Virus record (IMG/VR): IMGVR_UViG_3300002231_001522
Location: 1 to 61,461 of that record
Direction: 5' to 3' (one strand)
Length of the DNA: 61,461 nucleotides
DNA from: a virus
Lineage: Duplodnaviria > Caudoviricetes
Shown here: piece after piece, positions 39,787 through 48,331 of the stretch
Layout of the letters: each line of letters opens with the position of its first letter
Position numbering within the stretch: position 1 is the stretch's first letter
Program-made: the position numbers and the translations under genes
The notes under the pieces: model-generated
Databases searched by the model: none
What the model was told of the DNA's origin: nothing
What the model saw: the letters and a program-made list of their open reading frames with translations, nothing else

Positions 39787-39972
39787 TTAAATTTTTTTAA
39801 GTATGTTGTTAATTTTTTCAATATCATTGTTTGAAGATTTTAAAATTGATTTTACATGATCAATGTCACGTGTTAAAGATACAATTATTTCATTCATAGA
39901 TTTTTTAAGATGTTCAATTTCGATCATTGATCGATCTGTATTGTTTTTTGAAATTTTAGTATTTTTATCCAT
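39787..39972 (-). CDS. Small coiled-coil hypothetical protein
   Basis: 61-aa ORF in the leftward operon. Confidence 0.55.
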   Translation of the reverse strand: MDKNTKISKNNTDRSMIEIEHLKKSMNEIIVSLTRDIDHVKSILKSSNNDIEKINNILKKI

Positions 39973-39990
39973 ATATATAGACCTTTCGGG

Positions 39991-40031
39991 TTAATAAACG
40001 CAATAATAAAATTAAATACTGCGTTTATTAA
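39991..40031 (-). terminator. Intergenic stem-loop
   Basis: 15-bp inverted repeat ttaataaacgcaata / tactgcgtttattaa. Confidence 0.55.
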
Positions 40032-40042
40032 ATAGGTTTATT

Positions 40043-40396
40043 TTAATCAGTCACTTGACTGACAAATATGTTCATAACTTCTGGTAAGTCCTCAAATTCT
40101 ACATTACCAATAAAACTATCATACTGTTCCCTCAGCTCTTCACGGTGTAAACTATCTACAGATTGTATAGTATCATAGACAGACTTATCTGCCAATTCGT
40201 AATCTTGGCAGTATTGGGACAACCAGTCAATTTGTTTTTGGTCTCCGGCCAAATACTCTGCACCGTCGGGCATTTCAATGATGTCTAAGTCGTTGCAGTT
40301 ATTACCGATTAAATCCTCTGCCCAATCAATACCGTATTGTGGATCAACAACAGTAATTTCAACTAATTCTTTTTTTGTTGTGTTATAAATTTGCAT
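40043..40396 (-). CDS. Small acidic hypothetical protein
   Basis: Likely start ATG 40396 (AAGGAG RBS); very D/E-rich. Confidence 0.7.
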   Translation of the reverse strand: MQIYNTTKKELVEITVVDPQYGIDWAEDLIGNNCNDLDIIEMPDGAEYLAGDQKQIDWLSQYCQDYELADKSVYDTIQSVDSLHREELREQYDSFIGNVEFEDLPEVMNIFVSQVTD

Positions 40397-40543
40397 AATA
40401 ACTCCTTCTCTACTATAGGTATATCTAAATTGTTTTTGTTTTTTTGATAACATTTTTTATACGATATTTTTCATTTTCTTACCTCTTGGGCAACCGAAAA
40501 GACTTTTTTAGTATTTTCAGATATATATTTTAATTCCAATTCC

Positions 40544-40569
40544 GGAACAGGGTATTAATTCCCTGTTCC
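40544..40569 (-). terminator. Intergenic stem-loop
   Basis: GGAACAGGG-8 nt-CCCTGTTCC perfect inverted repeat. Confidence 0.6.
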
Positions 40570-40581
40570 TTTTACGATAGG

Positions 40582-41136
40582 TTATAGATTTATTTTTTTA
40601 ACAATATCGGTCGATCTAATATTCCCTTTTACCGCCCTTGCAGGCATAACAAATAAAAAGATATTATTATCTTCACCAAGGATTGTTAATGTTATGGATA
40701 TTTTTGAGTTCCAGTATTGAGGCTGTAACCACTCATCTTTAACTCCGATGAGTTTTGTTATTTTATTAATGGATTTTCTAATTTTGAACGTAAACAAATG
40801 ATAGACTGTGCTATCATTTTTGAACTCTTTAGGAATTGCCTGTTCGTAACTCGGATAGCTACCTTTTATCGCTTTTTCTACCAGCGGTTTGCCCGCCATG
40901 TTTCTTGTTTTTTTATCCAGATACAAAATTACACTTTCCTCTGGTTTTTCAAGCCCAAACTCTTGAAAAACTTCAGTCCAAAACTTATTAACATTTTCAC
41001 TATCTTTAACCAAAAACACTAAATGGCCATTTGTTGATACAACACGGTTATTCGTGTGGTCGTAATAAACACCACACAATGATTTACGATTAGCATCTTT
41101 ACTCGTACATTCTAAAAAACATTTTAATAAACTCAT
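40582..41136 (-). CDS. Truncated DNA sliding-clamp (DnaN/beta)-like protein
   Basis: 'SKDANRKSLCGVY', 'VVSTNGH', 'GSYPSYEQAIP', C-terminal 'FVMPAR' echo beta-clamp motifs; about half the DnaN length. Confidence 0.7.
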   Translation of the reverse strand: MSLLKCFLECTSKDANRKSLCGVYYDHTNNRVVSTNGHLVFLVKDSENVNKFWTEVFQEFGLEKPEESVILYLDKKTRNMAGKPLVEKAIKGSYPSYEQAIPKEFKNDSTVYHLFTFKIRKSINKITKLIGVKDEWLQPQYWNSKISITLTILGEDNNIFLFVMPARAVKGNIRSTDIVKKINL

Positions 41137-41206
41137 ACATATTCCTTTTTTGAAATTTTCATACAACCATAAACCGCCCATTATTGCGGACGGTCTTAAT
41201 TAATTA

Positions 41207-41524
41207 TTAATATAATCCTACAGGTGCTAACCCATAACCATTCTGGGGCAATTCCAAATCCATAATTGCCCTCTCCAACAGTTCGACAGTTAGTAAAATT
41301 TGACAATTATTAGCCTGTCGAATTTCATTGATTATAATTTTATACCCCGAATCCATATTTGCGGTTAAATTCTGGATTGCGGACAAAATATCTTCCGTAA
41401 TTTTACCATCATTATCTCTAATGACTAATACTTTTTTCAAAACAGATCTCAATTTTTTAGCCTGTTCCCTGTTTTGTATCTCTTTTTTCTTTACCTCTTC
41501 CTTGTACTCGAAATAATCCTTCAT
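41207..41524 (-). CDS. Hypothetical protein
   Basis: 105-aa ORF with AAGGAG RBS. Confidence 0.7.
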   Translation of the reverse strand: MKDYFEYKEEVKKKEIQNREQAKKLRSVLKKVLVIRDNDGKITEDILSAIQNLTANMDSGYKIIINEIRQANNCQILLTVELLERAIMDLELPQNGYGLAPVGLY

Positions 41525-41548
41525 TTTTTACTCCTTTGTTTACAATAA

Positions 41549-41576
41549 AAGCCGGTACACAAATGCATACCGGCTT
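41549..41576 (-). terminator. Intergenic stem-loop/terminator
   Basis: AAGCCGGTA...TACCGGCTT, followed by TTATTG on the minus strand. Confidence 0.6.
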
Positions 41577-41580
41577 ACCA

Positions 41581-42261
41581 TTATATTTTAAAAAACATAT
41601 TTTTATTATCGTTCCAGAATTTTAACCCATCTAAACCAAGATAGTCTTCAATTTCTTGGTTAGACATTTTTTTCCATACATCTTTCCTTCGTAATATACG
41701 GTCAATACGGATATGTTCATCGTAAATGGCCACACAATAAAACATTGACAGGGATATAAATTTCTTAGTTTCTAAACCATCTATTCTTTTTATTGATCCG
41801 TATCTAATTTTTTCTTTTACTTTAAGATAATCTCCAATATTTATGCTACCATCAACGTAAAAATTACCTCCGACACCTACATTGTCAGTAACTTTCATGT
41901 CTTTTTTTACTTCAATATTTAAGCCGACAATAATGGATCCGTTTACCTTTAAATCTCCGTCGGTAATGACAGATCCACCGGAAAAAAAAGAATCATTAAT
42001 ATTAATGCCTCTATAGGCATTAATAGTTTGATCAACATGTGTTAATCCTTTACATGTTAATTGGCCATCGCATAACAAATATCCACGGACATAAATGTTA
42101 CACATCGCTGAAAAATCACCACTACACTCAATGCCGCTGTTGAATGTTACTGGTTTTTCAGCGTTGACTATTACATTGCCATCGAACAATATAGGATTGT
42201 CGTAAATATATCTCCCAGATTCTTCACGTAAGTTTTTTCTATCAATAATTAAATCTTTCAT
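41581..42261 (-). CDS. Bactofilin-like beta-helix repeat protein
   Basis: Many hexad repeats (G.I...G.L.V) plus C-terminal 'W..MS..EI....G...LKFW' domain. Confidence 0.7.
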   Translation of the reverse strand: MKDLIIDRKNLREESGRYIYDNPILFDGNVIVNAEKPVTFNSGIECSGDFSAMCNIYVRGYLLCDGQLTCKGLTHVDQTINAYRGININDSFFSGGSVITDGDLKVNGSIIVGLNIEVKKDMKVTDNVGVGGNFYVDGSINIGDYLKVKEKIRYGSIKRIDGLETKKFISLSMFYCVAIYDEHIRIDRILRRKDVWKKMSNQEIEDYLGLDGLKFWNDNKNMFFKI

Positions 42262-42268
42262 TTTTTTT

Positions 42269-42568
42269 CTATCCCTTCTTCACGATTGGCTGAAAATTCA
42301 TTGGAGACATTTCACCATGCCTCAAATAGTAAGTTCCCCTCTGGTGGATCCTACCGGTTATACAGTTATACTCCCATTTAGAACCGTATCGGTATTCTAT
42401 ATCGTCTATAGCATCATCCAAGCTTTTGTATTTTGCAATAACGTTCTCATTGTTACATTTTGTAACATATCGGTTAGGTCTTAAATCTGCAAAATACGTC
42501 CGTTGTAACAACGTAACGCATTTTTTCCCATTGTTTAGCTGTTTCTTGATTTGTGATTCTGTCCTCAT
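42269..42568 (-). CDS. Hypothetical protein (paralog of 39424..39765)
   Basis: Likely start ATG 42568 (GGAGAGGG RBS); shared motifs with the paralog. Confidence 0.75.
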   Translation of the reverse strand: MRTESQIKKQLNNGKKCVTLLQRTYFADLRPNRYVTKCNNENVIAKYKSLDDAIDDIEYRYGSKWEYNCITGRIHQRGTYYLRHGEMSPMNFQPIVKKG

Positions 42569-42620
42569 TTCAGTCCCTCTCCCTGTTAATAGACTCGTTA
42601 ATGACATTTTTACTCCTTTT

Positions 42621-43010
42621 TTAAATTTTATTTATACGAAAAAAACACATTTTTTCGGTATTATCCAAATATTCAGTCTTATTGACAATTACACCGCCTA
42701 ATTTACGGATTAATTTACGAGACGATTGTCTACAATCCATATAAACGCTGTCATAATTCGACCATATATATTTTTTTAATGAGAACAAATCGGATAGTTT
42801 AAATTTACCAGCAATGTCACATATTTCCCCGCTGTCGGATATTAGACAATAACCTGTATTATCTACAGCAAAAAATATTTTTAATCCGTTAATTGTTGAC
42901 TCACAATAATCCGCTATGTCACTAATTGTCCTACAATCCTGCATACACCACCACTTTGCAGGATAACTTTTTTTTTCTATTTTCTTTATTATTTTTACTA
43001 TTTTATTCAT
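42621..43010 (-). CDS. Possible GNAT-fold protein
   Basis: Likely start 43010 overlapping the upstream stop; 'IEKKSYP', 'GYCL...EICDIA', 'YMDCRQSS..LI'. Confidence 0.45.
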   Translation of the reverse strand: MNKIVKIIKKIEKKSYPAKWWCMQDCRTISDIADYCESTINGLKIFFAVDNTGYCLISDSGEICDIAGKFKLSDLFSLKKYIWSNYDSVYMDCRQSSRKLIRKLGGVIVNKTEYLDNTEKMCFFRINKI

Positions 43011-44673
43011 TTTTGCCTGCCAATAATCGTGTGTCATATTTTGCGTCGGAATAAAATGTGTTTTGGTCTTTAGCAATCATATAATCATTAGTTTTCTCAG
43101 GGAAAAAATCTGGTGATATTTTTGTGTAGCCGATACCAGTAACACAGCGTTTTATACAAAATTTACCAATAATTTGTTCTGCGAATTTTTTATAAATATT
43201 TGCAATATCGGTACTATTTGCATCATTAATTTTGTATCCTTCGATATTATCAAAATACATGACGTTGTTTTTAACCCAAACAAATGATTGTGCTATTATT
43301 TGTCCGTTTTTTTCGACAACGAAAAAACCGCCATTTGGATTTTTCCATCCATACTGGGCACATGTTTTAGCCGCACCATTTGGGTGTTGACAACAATGTG
43401 TAATAACACCTAACAATGGTCCTCGATAGTCATCACGTTGTAAAAACTGGCCAATATATCCATTTTCCGAATATATCAAATTTCTGGGGATGCTTTCGTA
43501 TGTAGTGTTAACATTGCAATTCTTTAACCAATTTTCGTATGCTTGGTATTCTTTATCTGCCATATTTAAATCTTGACAAACAATTGCAATATCAAAGTTT
43601 TCCACATTTGTATATTTTGTACGAAATTCTTTCCCAATTGCTATGATTTCAGACATAGTCATTTTTTTAGACAGTTTTATGTTTTCTGGGATACATTTTA
43701 ATGATGCGATATATTCCTGATTTTTTCCTGATTTTTTAACATATTTTAACCTGTCTATTGCTATGTCTGACAGGAAAAATATTGCCTGTTCGTAGCTGTC
43801 GTAATTTGACATTAGCGAATTAAATAAATTTTTATCACCATTTACTAATTCGATAATTTTAAAACAGGCATCGACCTCATGTGTATCTCCGCTACCTATT
43901 GATACACACAAATTATTTACAATATTAAAATATTTTTTGTATTTTTTTAATAATTTGATATTATTAAAATTAATATTGTAAATTGCTGAACTCGGGATCC
44001 TACCAAAATAGGATAACCAGATATACTCTCTATTTGTGTTCTGGTTATTTTTAGTGTCCCAAATTTCATCTCTATTATCAAGTTCACCCCAATAACTCTC
44101 ACAATTCATTTCAACGTTATGGAAAAAACTCGTTGCGTGATTAAACGAAATATTATTTCCTTTTATTTGCACAGTATTTTTATTAATAAACTGTGCAAAA
44201 TTTTCTACTGTGTGTGGGTATTCCCATTGTTCAGGTGTGACATTTGGGAATAAATTCCGGCAGTATTTTTTTGCAATATAAAAATCAATGATTATCTTAT
44301 TTTGTATTTCAAGATAATATTTTTTTATATTGCCAATGGAGTCCGTAGAATACTGGAATGATTTTTCCAGAAAAAACCATTTTGGTTTGACGATAAATTT
44401 AATATTTTTCAAATTATCGTCATTCTCAAACGAAGGTTTTTTTTCCTCGCTAATATATACAGATCCATCTATATCGATATAAATGTAATCTGTAACATTT
44501 TCCCATGTACTAATACGTACACAGTCCAATATTCTTCCGGACACGTCCACATTAAATTCGACGTGTCCGGACTTAAAATTATCATAATTATACAACACAT
44601 TACCCTTGTCCATAATTCGGACAAGGTCGAAAAAAAACCAGTGATAGCTTAATTTTTCTAACGTGTTGTACAT
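43003..44673 (-). CDS. Large early protein with a C-terminal PcfJ-like/GNAT-like domain
   Basis: 556 aa; 'LLGVITHCCQ..G....C..YG..NPNGGFFVV...IIAQSFVW...FDNIE', 'YSDA'. Confidence 0.55.
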   Translation of the reverse strand: MYNTLEKLSYHWFFFDLVRIMDKGNVLYNYDNFKSGHVEFNVDVSGRILDCVRISTWENVTDYIYIDIDGSVYISEEKKPSFENDDNLKNIKFIVKPKWFFLEKSFQYSTDSIGNIKKYYLEIQNKIIIDFYIAKKYCRNLFPNVTPEQWEYPHTVENFAQFINKNTVQIKGNNISFNHATSFFHNVEMNCESYWGELDNRDEIWDTKNNQNTNREYIWLSYFGRIPSSAIYNINFNNIKLLKKYKKYFNIVNNLCVSIGSGDTHEVDACFKIIELVNGDKNLFNSLMSNYDSYEQAIFFLSDIAIDRLKYVKKSGKNQEYIASLKCIPENIKLSKKMTMSEIIAIGKEFRTKYTNVENFDIAIVCQDLNMADKEYQAYENWLKNCNVNTTYESIPRNLIYSENGYIGQFLQRDDYRGPLLGVITHCCQHPNGAAKTCAQYGWKNPNGGFFVVEKNGQIIAQSFVWVKNNVMYFDNIEGYKINDANSTDIANIYKKFAEQIIGKFCIKRCVTGIGYTKISPDFFPEKTNDYMIAKDQNTFYSDAKYDTRLLAGKNE

Positions 44674-44738
44674 TATAATATTGCTTTCAATTCTTTATCG
44701 AGGTCTTCTAAATCCAATTTGATTTGCTTTTTATTCAT
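44673..44738 (-). CDS. 21-aa leader ORF MNKKQIKLDLEDLDKELKAIL
   Basis: AGGGGA RBS; TAATG overlap with the start of the 556-aa gene. Confidence 0.55.
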   Translation of the reverse strand: MNKKQIKLDLEDLDKELKAIL

Positions 44739-44780
44739 TTTATCCCCTTTTTTATGATTGTTATTATTATTGTTATTTAT

Positions 44781-44809
44781 AATATAACACCAAAACTGGG
44801 AAATGTCAA
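44781..44809 (-). promoter_or_regulatory. Sigma70-type promoter for the leftward accessory operon
   Basis: Minus strand TTGACA-17 bp-TATATT with extended -10 TG. Confidence 0.8.
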
Positions 44810-45089
44810 CTTTTTTATTAAAATAGTTATTATTATTACATTTTTACGACACAATTGCCGATTCTGTGTCATATGACGCAATATTATGTAATTTAAAACC
44901 AATACATTCTCGGGGCGGCGGAACAATTCCTATCAATGGAGCGAAGCGAATGATTTTTTTTCCTGCGGGCTCGCCATTGTTAATTAATTGTATATAATAA
45001 ATAATAGTTTTTATTTTAATTTAAATTAGATATATTAATAGTATAATTAACCTGTTTCTGCGTTTTTTTACCATTTTTAAAGGATTTTT

Positions 45090-45701
45090 ATGGATAAGAA
45101 TAATTTACCAGTCGTTCCGGACTCGGCAGAATTAGATAAATATAAGTTAATAGATAGTGAATACAAAACATTAAAAAGTTTAATAGCTACACAACCAAAG
45201 CATTGTCTTAATCTCAAAGATTTTGGCAGTATCAACGGTACGCCCATTAAGGCTCGCCCAGAAGACGTATTAAAAGCATTAATCCAATACGGATACACCA
45301 CAGATTCCCTCAAAAAATGCCTGAGGGACAATAATGTTGGTGATTCCACATATAATGTTTACCTGTTTAAGGCTTATCCAGAACTTTCTGAACTGCAAAA
45401 ATTTATGCGTTCACGCAAGGTAGACGTGTTCGCTCAAAAAAGCATAGAACCTTTTGTAAATCCTTTGCCGGCAGAGGCTTACGACACTATACGCGATGAC
45501 CAAAAACTGTCTATGGCATACATACAACATCTAAATAATGGATCCAGGGCTATGACTAATATGGCTAAAATCGCCGAACGTGGATACAACAACGAAAAGA
45601 AAACAGAGATGTATGTTAGTGTATTAATGACAGGAGATACCACTCTAAAACTGGAAGATATTGAAGAAATGACTATCAAAGATATGTCCGATCTCCTTTA
45701 A
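45090..45701 (+). CDS. Probable terminase small subunit
   Basis: 203 aa; HTH-like segment, helical core, C-terminal 'GYNNEKKTEMYVSV..GD' strand; no better TerS candidate next to TerL. Confidence 0.45.
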   Translation: MDKNNLPVVPDSAELDKYKLIDSEYKTLKSLIATQPKHCLNLKDFGSINGTPIKARPEDVLKALIQYGYTTDSLKKCLRDNNVGDSTYNVYLFKAYPELSELQKFMRSRKVDVFAQKSIEPFVNPLPAEAYDTIRDDQKLSMAYIQHLNNGSRAMTNMAKIAERGYNNEKKTEMYVSVLMTGDTTLKLEDIEEMTIKDMSDLL

Positions 45702-46873
45702 ACTGCCAAATCCTTTCCATTTGTCAAGAAAATAGGGGTGTTAAAACACGTATTTATTCGGTTATTCTCTCAAATACTAACAAATCGGTGCCATTCTGAA
45801 AAAATGGTTAGACTTTTCTCGGGGGTAATACTTTTGGTTATGCCTAAATTCCGAATATTCTTCGGTTTGGCTCAAACAGTACTAAAAACAGCAATTATGG
45901 TGATTTTATCTCTTCTCTCATGGTTTAACCTGTATAATCACACAGGATTGTTTTAATTAATCAATCCACGGACGGTTAACTCGGTATTATCACCTATTAC
46001 ATTATATATAGATACAATTAACACCGTGTTCCCAAATATCCACAAAACATTTTACACCACGATTCTGTGTAAATCTAATAGATTCAGGTAGTTCCAATGA
46101 TAAATCACCAAAGTTAACCCCTTTTTCAGGCAATAATCAGAAATTCACGGGCAATTATACAGGATAATCCACAAATAACACCTATAATATCCACATATAT
46201 AAAGAATATCAACATAACAATGCCGTGGTTCCAAGGTTTCCCAAAAACATTCATCGAAAAATCTTCCACTAAAACAGTCACGGCGGAAAAAACACTTATA
46301 CCACAATCACTAATAATTCCCACCAACATTTTTCACCAACCTAATTATTAATTCATACTCTCATAAAATCCTTGGGGATCATTCCAGAATCATATCCATC
46401 GTTCAAAAAGGGGTACACGGCAACGGGGTGAGGAAAAAATTCATGCGAAATCGGCGGGAAGAGTCCAACCAAAATACAAACCAATAAACCACCACACGCC
46501 ATCCCCATCGGATATATTAGAGTCCCGAATAACAGATAAAACAGAGGAGAAAGGAGGGGAAGAGGAAAAGGAGGGGAAACGACGGTAAGCTTGGAAAAAA
46601 ATCGAATTGCTTCGCATAGTATTAGTTATAGGTGCAGTGGTTTCGTTTTTTATATTATTTGGATGAAAAAAATTTTTGGAATTAAAAATGGTCTAATGGG
46701 AAAAAATTAATTGCTTCGCAAGGGTATATAGGAGGAGCCAGCTTGTTAGTTATTCAAGCCGGCTCCGAAGCAGTAGAAATAAGGAATACGGAAATCTACA
46801 AACCTATCAATTGAAAAGAAGTATTGCTACTTGGTAATATAGTATAAGATTATACTTCCGTGTTGTTTTTAAT
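45702..46873. other. Long non-coding region, candidate packaging/terminus region
   Basis: Largest stretch without a convincing ORF; purine tract, repeated motifs, hairpin. Confidence 0.5.
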
Positions 46874-47245
46874 TTAGTATTCTTTAAAAAATTTTCCTTT
46901 TGTTCTAATTAATATATCTTTATAGTCATTCGCATCGTAGATACAGCGAAAGAACTGGTCAAACTCTGCCCAAGTTTCTCTTTTAGATTCTATATGTCGT
47001 CCGTAGCAGAAAAATTTAAATAACTCCCATACTTGATTTTCACTCATAATTGCAAAAAAGTACTCTTCTAAACATTCCCTTGAACAAAAATCAATATGAC
47101 CATCGGATTTTACTAATCTGTTGTATTTGTTATTGTTTATTACTTTGCCGTAAATGCTTATCCAACCTTCGGGAATACCGTTTTTTGTGTTTGATTTATC
47201 TAATGTTATCTGATGATTACAGTTGTCACATTTCATTGTTATCAT
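46874..47245 (-). CDS. Zn-binding hypothetical protein
   Basis: 'CDNC...PEGW...DFCSREC'. Confidence 0.7.
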   Translation of the reverse strand: MITMKCDNCNHQITLDKSNTKNGIPEGWISIYGKVINNNKYNRLVKSDGHIDFCSRECLEEYFFAIMSENQVWELFKFFCYGRHIESKRETWAEFDQFFRCIYDANDYKDILIRTKGKFFKEY

Positions 47246-47249
47246 TTTT

Positions 47250-47786
47250 TTATTCCTTTTTTAATATTTCTTCTTCGACTTTACCATAAACTGCATCAAA
47301 TATTTCATTTATAAAAAGTATAGCCCAATCTGGAAGTTTTGTTTCATCTATATTATCGTTGTAATAGTGCCGTGCATTTTTTTTAAATTTTAAACTCATG
47401 GCAATCCAATCCACAACCATGTGTACACAATATACAATTTTTGCATGTGGATGACAGCTTGGATATTTAGTCCAGTTTTCAAAATGGTGTTTATTAACTT
47501 TTTTATGATGTTTCCATGCCTTTTTAATATTCCCAGTTTTGATCTCATCATCAACAGCAAAATATTCTTCTCGATAAGATATAAATTCATTATGTCCTAA
47601 TTTAGAAAGATCATGAAGCCGAATATCATAATCTATCGTAAGTAAAATAAGATCGTCATTCATAAAATCCATATTTTTACATGTTTTTTGTACCATTCTC
47701 CATGCTTTTTGTACATTGTTGTAATGCTCTTCAATGTAATCAAGGTATTCCCTTGTCTTTCTTATCTTTTCAATTACTATTGACAT
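47250..47786 (-). CDS. DUF5662-like HD-superfamily protein
   Basis: 'YIEEH..NV', 'HDLSK...EF..Y...F', 'AWKHH...NKHH', 'MVVDW.AM'. Confidence 0.75.
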   Translation of the reverse strand: MSIVIEKIRKTREYLDYIEEHYNNVQKAWRMVQKTCKNMDFMNDDLILLTIDYDIRLHDLSKLGHNEFISYREEYFAVDDEIKTGNIKKAWKHHKKVNKHHFENWTKYPSCHPHAKIVYCVHMVVDWIAMSLKFKKNARHYYNDNIDETKLPDWAILFINEIFDAVYGKVEEEILKKE

Positions 47787-47804
47787 TGCTACTTTTCCCC
47801 TTTT

Positions 47805-48095
47805 TTATAGTTTTTTGTACTTCATTTGTCTGTACAACTGTTCGTGAGCTGCGTTTATCTCCTCTTTTGTTACATGCTTTAAATATTCAGCCGTGTTTAA
47901 TTCTATTTGTTGTTTTGCAGTTAATCCATCGTATTCGTAAGCATTAAACTTATGCACATTTTTCCATACATCTTTATGTACAAATTTAGTGAGCACATAA
48001 AAAGTATATATAAATTCACCATTCACTAAAAACACAGAAACAATTATCTTGTATAGTCTGCCGTCTACTCTTGTTACTATTTTTGTTGTTTGCAT
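47805..48095 (-). CDS. Hypothetical protein (paralog of 48328..48639)
   Basis: Shared 'KI..R..G..(Y/F)KI...F' start and 'EI..A...(L/M)' end. Confidence 0.7.
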   Translation of the reverse strand: MQTTKIVTRVDGRLYKIIVSVFLVNGEFIYTFYVLTKFVHKDVWKNVHKFNAYEYDGLTAKQQIELNTAEYLKHVTKEEINAAHEQLYRQMKYKKL

Positions 48096-48167
48096 TTATA
48101 ACCCCCATTGTTTAGCCATAGCTTTTGCTACAGCTTGGTTTTCTTCACATGATACTAATATCTTCAT
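48096..48167 (-). pseudogene. 23-aa internally deleted remnant of a phage DNA-cytosine-methyltransferase-like gene
   Basis: MKILVSCEENQAVAKAMAKQWGL joins the family's N-terminal (MKVLVACEESQ.V) and C-terminal (A.AMA.QWG) motifs. Confidence 0.7.
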
Positions 48168-48331
48168 ATCAACTCAGTATCTAATTCTGTGCTCTCTATT
48201 TGCGATATGTCGAATAACTCATTCTCTATATCGTCTGTTTGAGATTTAAACTTCTTAGCACAACTTGTACATGCCTTTCTCGGTTTGTTTTTCTTTAACT
48301 TCCTATTGCAGTATGGACATCTATTTTTCAT
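48164..48331 (-). CDS. Small zinc-ribbon protein
   Basis: 'CPYC...CTSC'; ATGA overlaps at both ends. Confidence 0.65.
   Translation of the reverse strand: MKNRCPYCNRKLKKNKPRKACTSCAKKFKSQTDDIENELFDISQIESTELDTELI

Noticed and set aside
45738-46329. Hydrophobic ORFs 45738..45956 (+) and 46126..46329 (-)
   Set aside because: Atypical composition and no operon context; probably chance ORFs, though a small membrane peptide cannot be excluded
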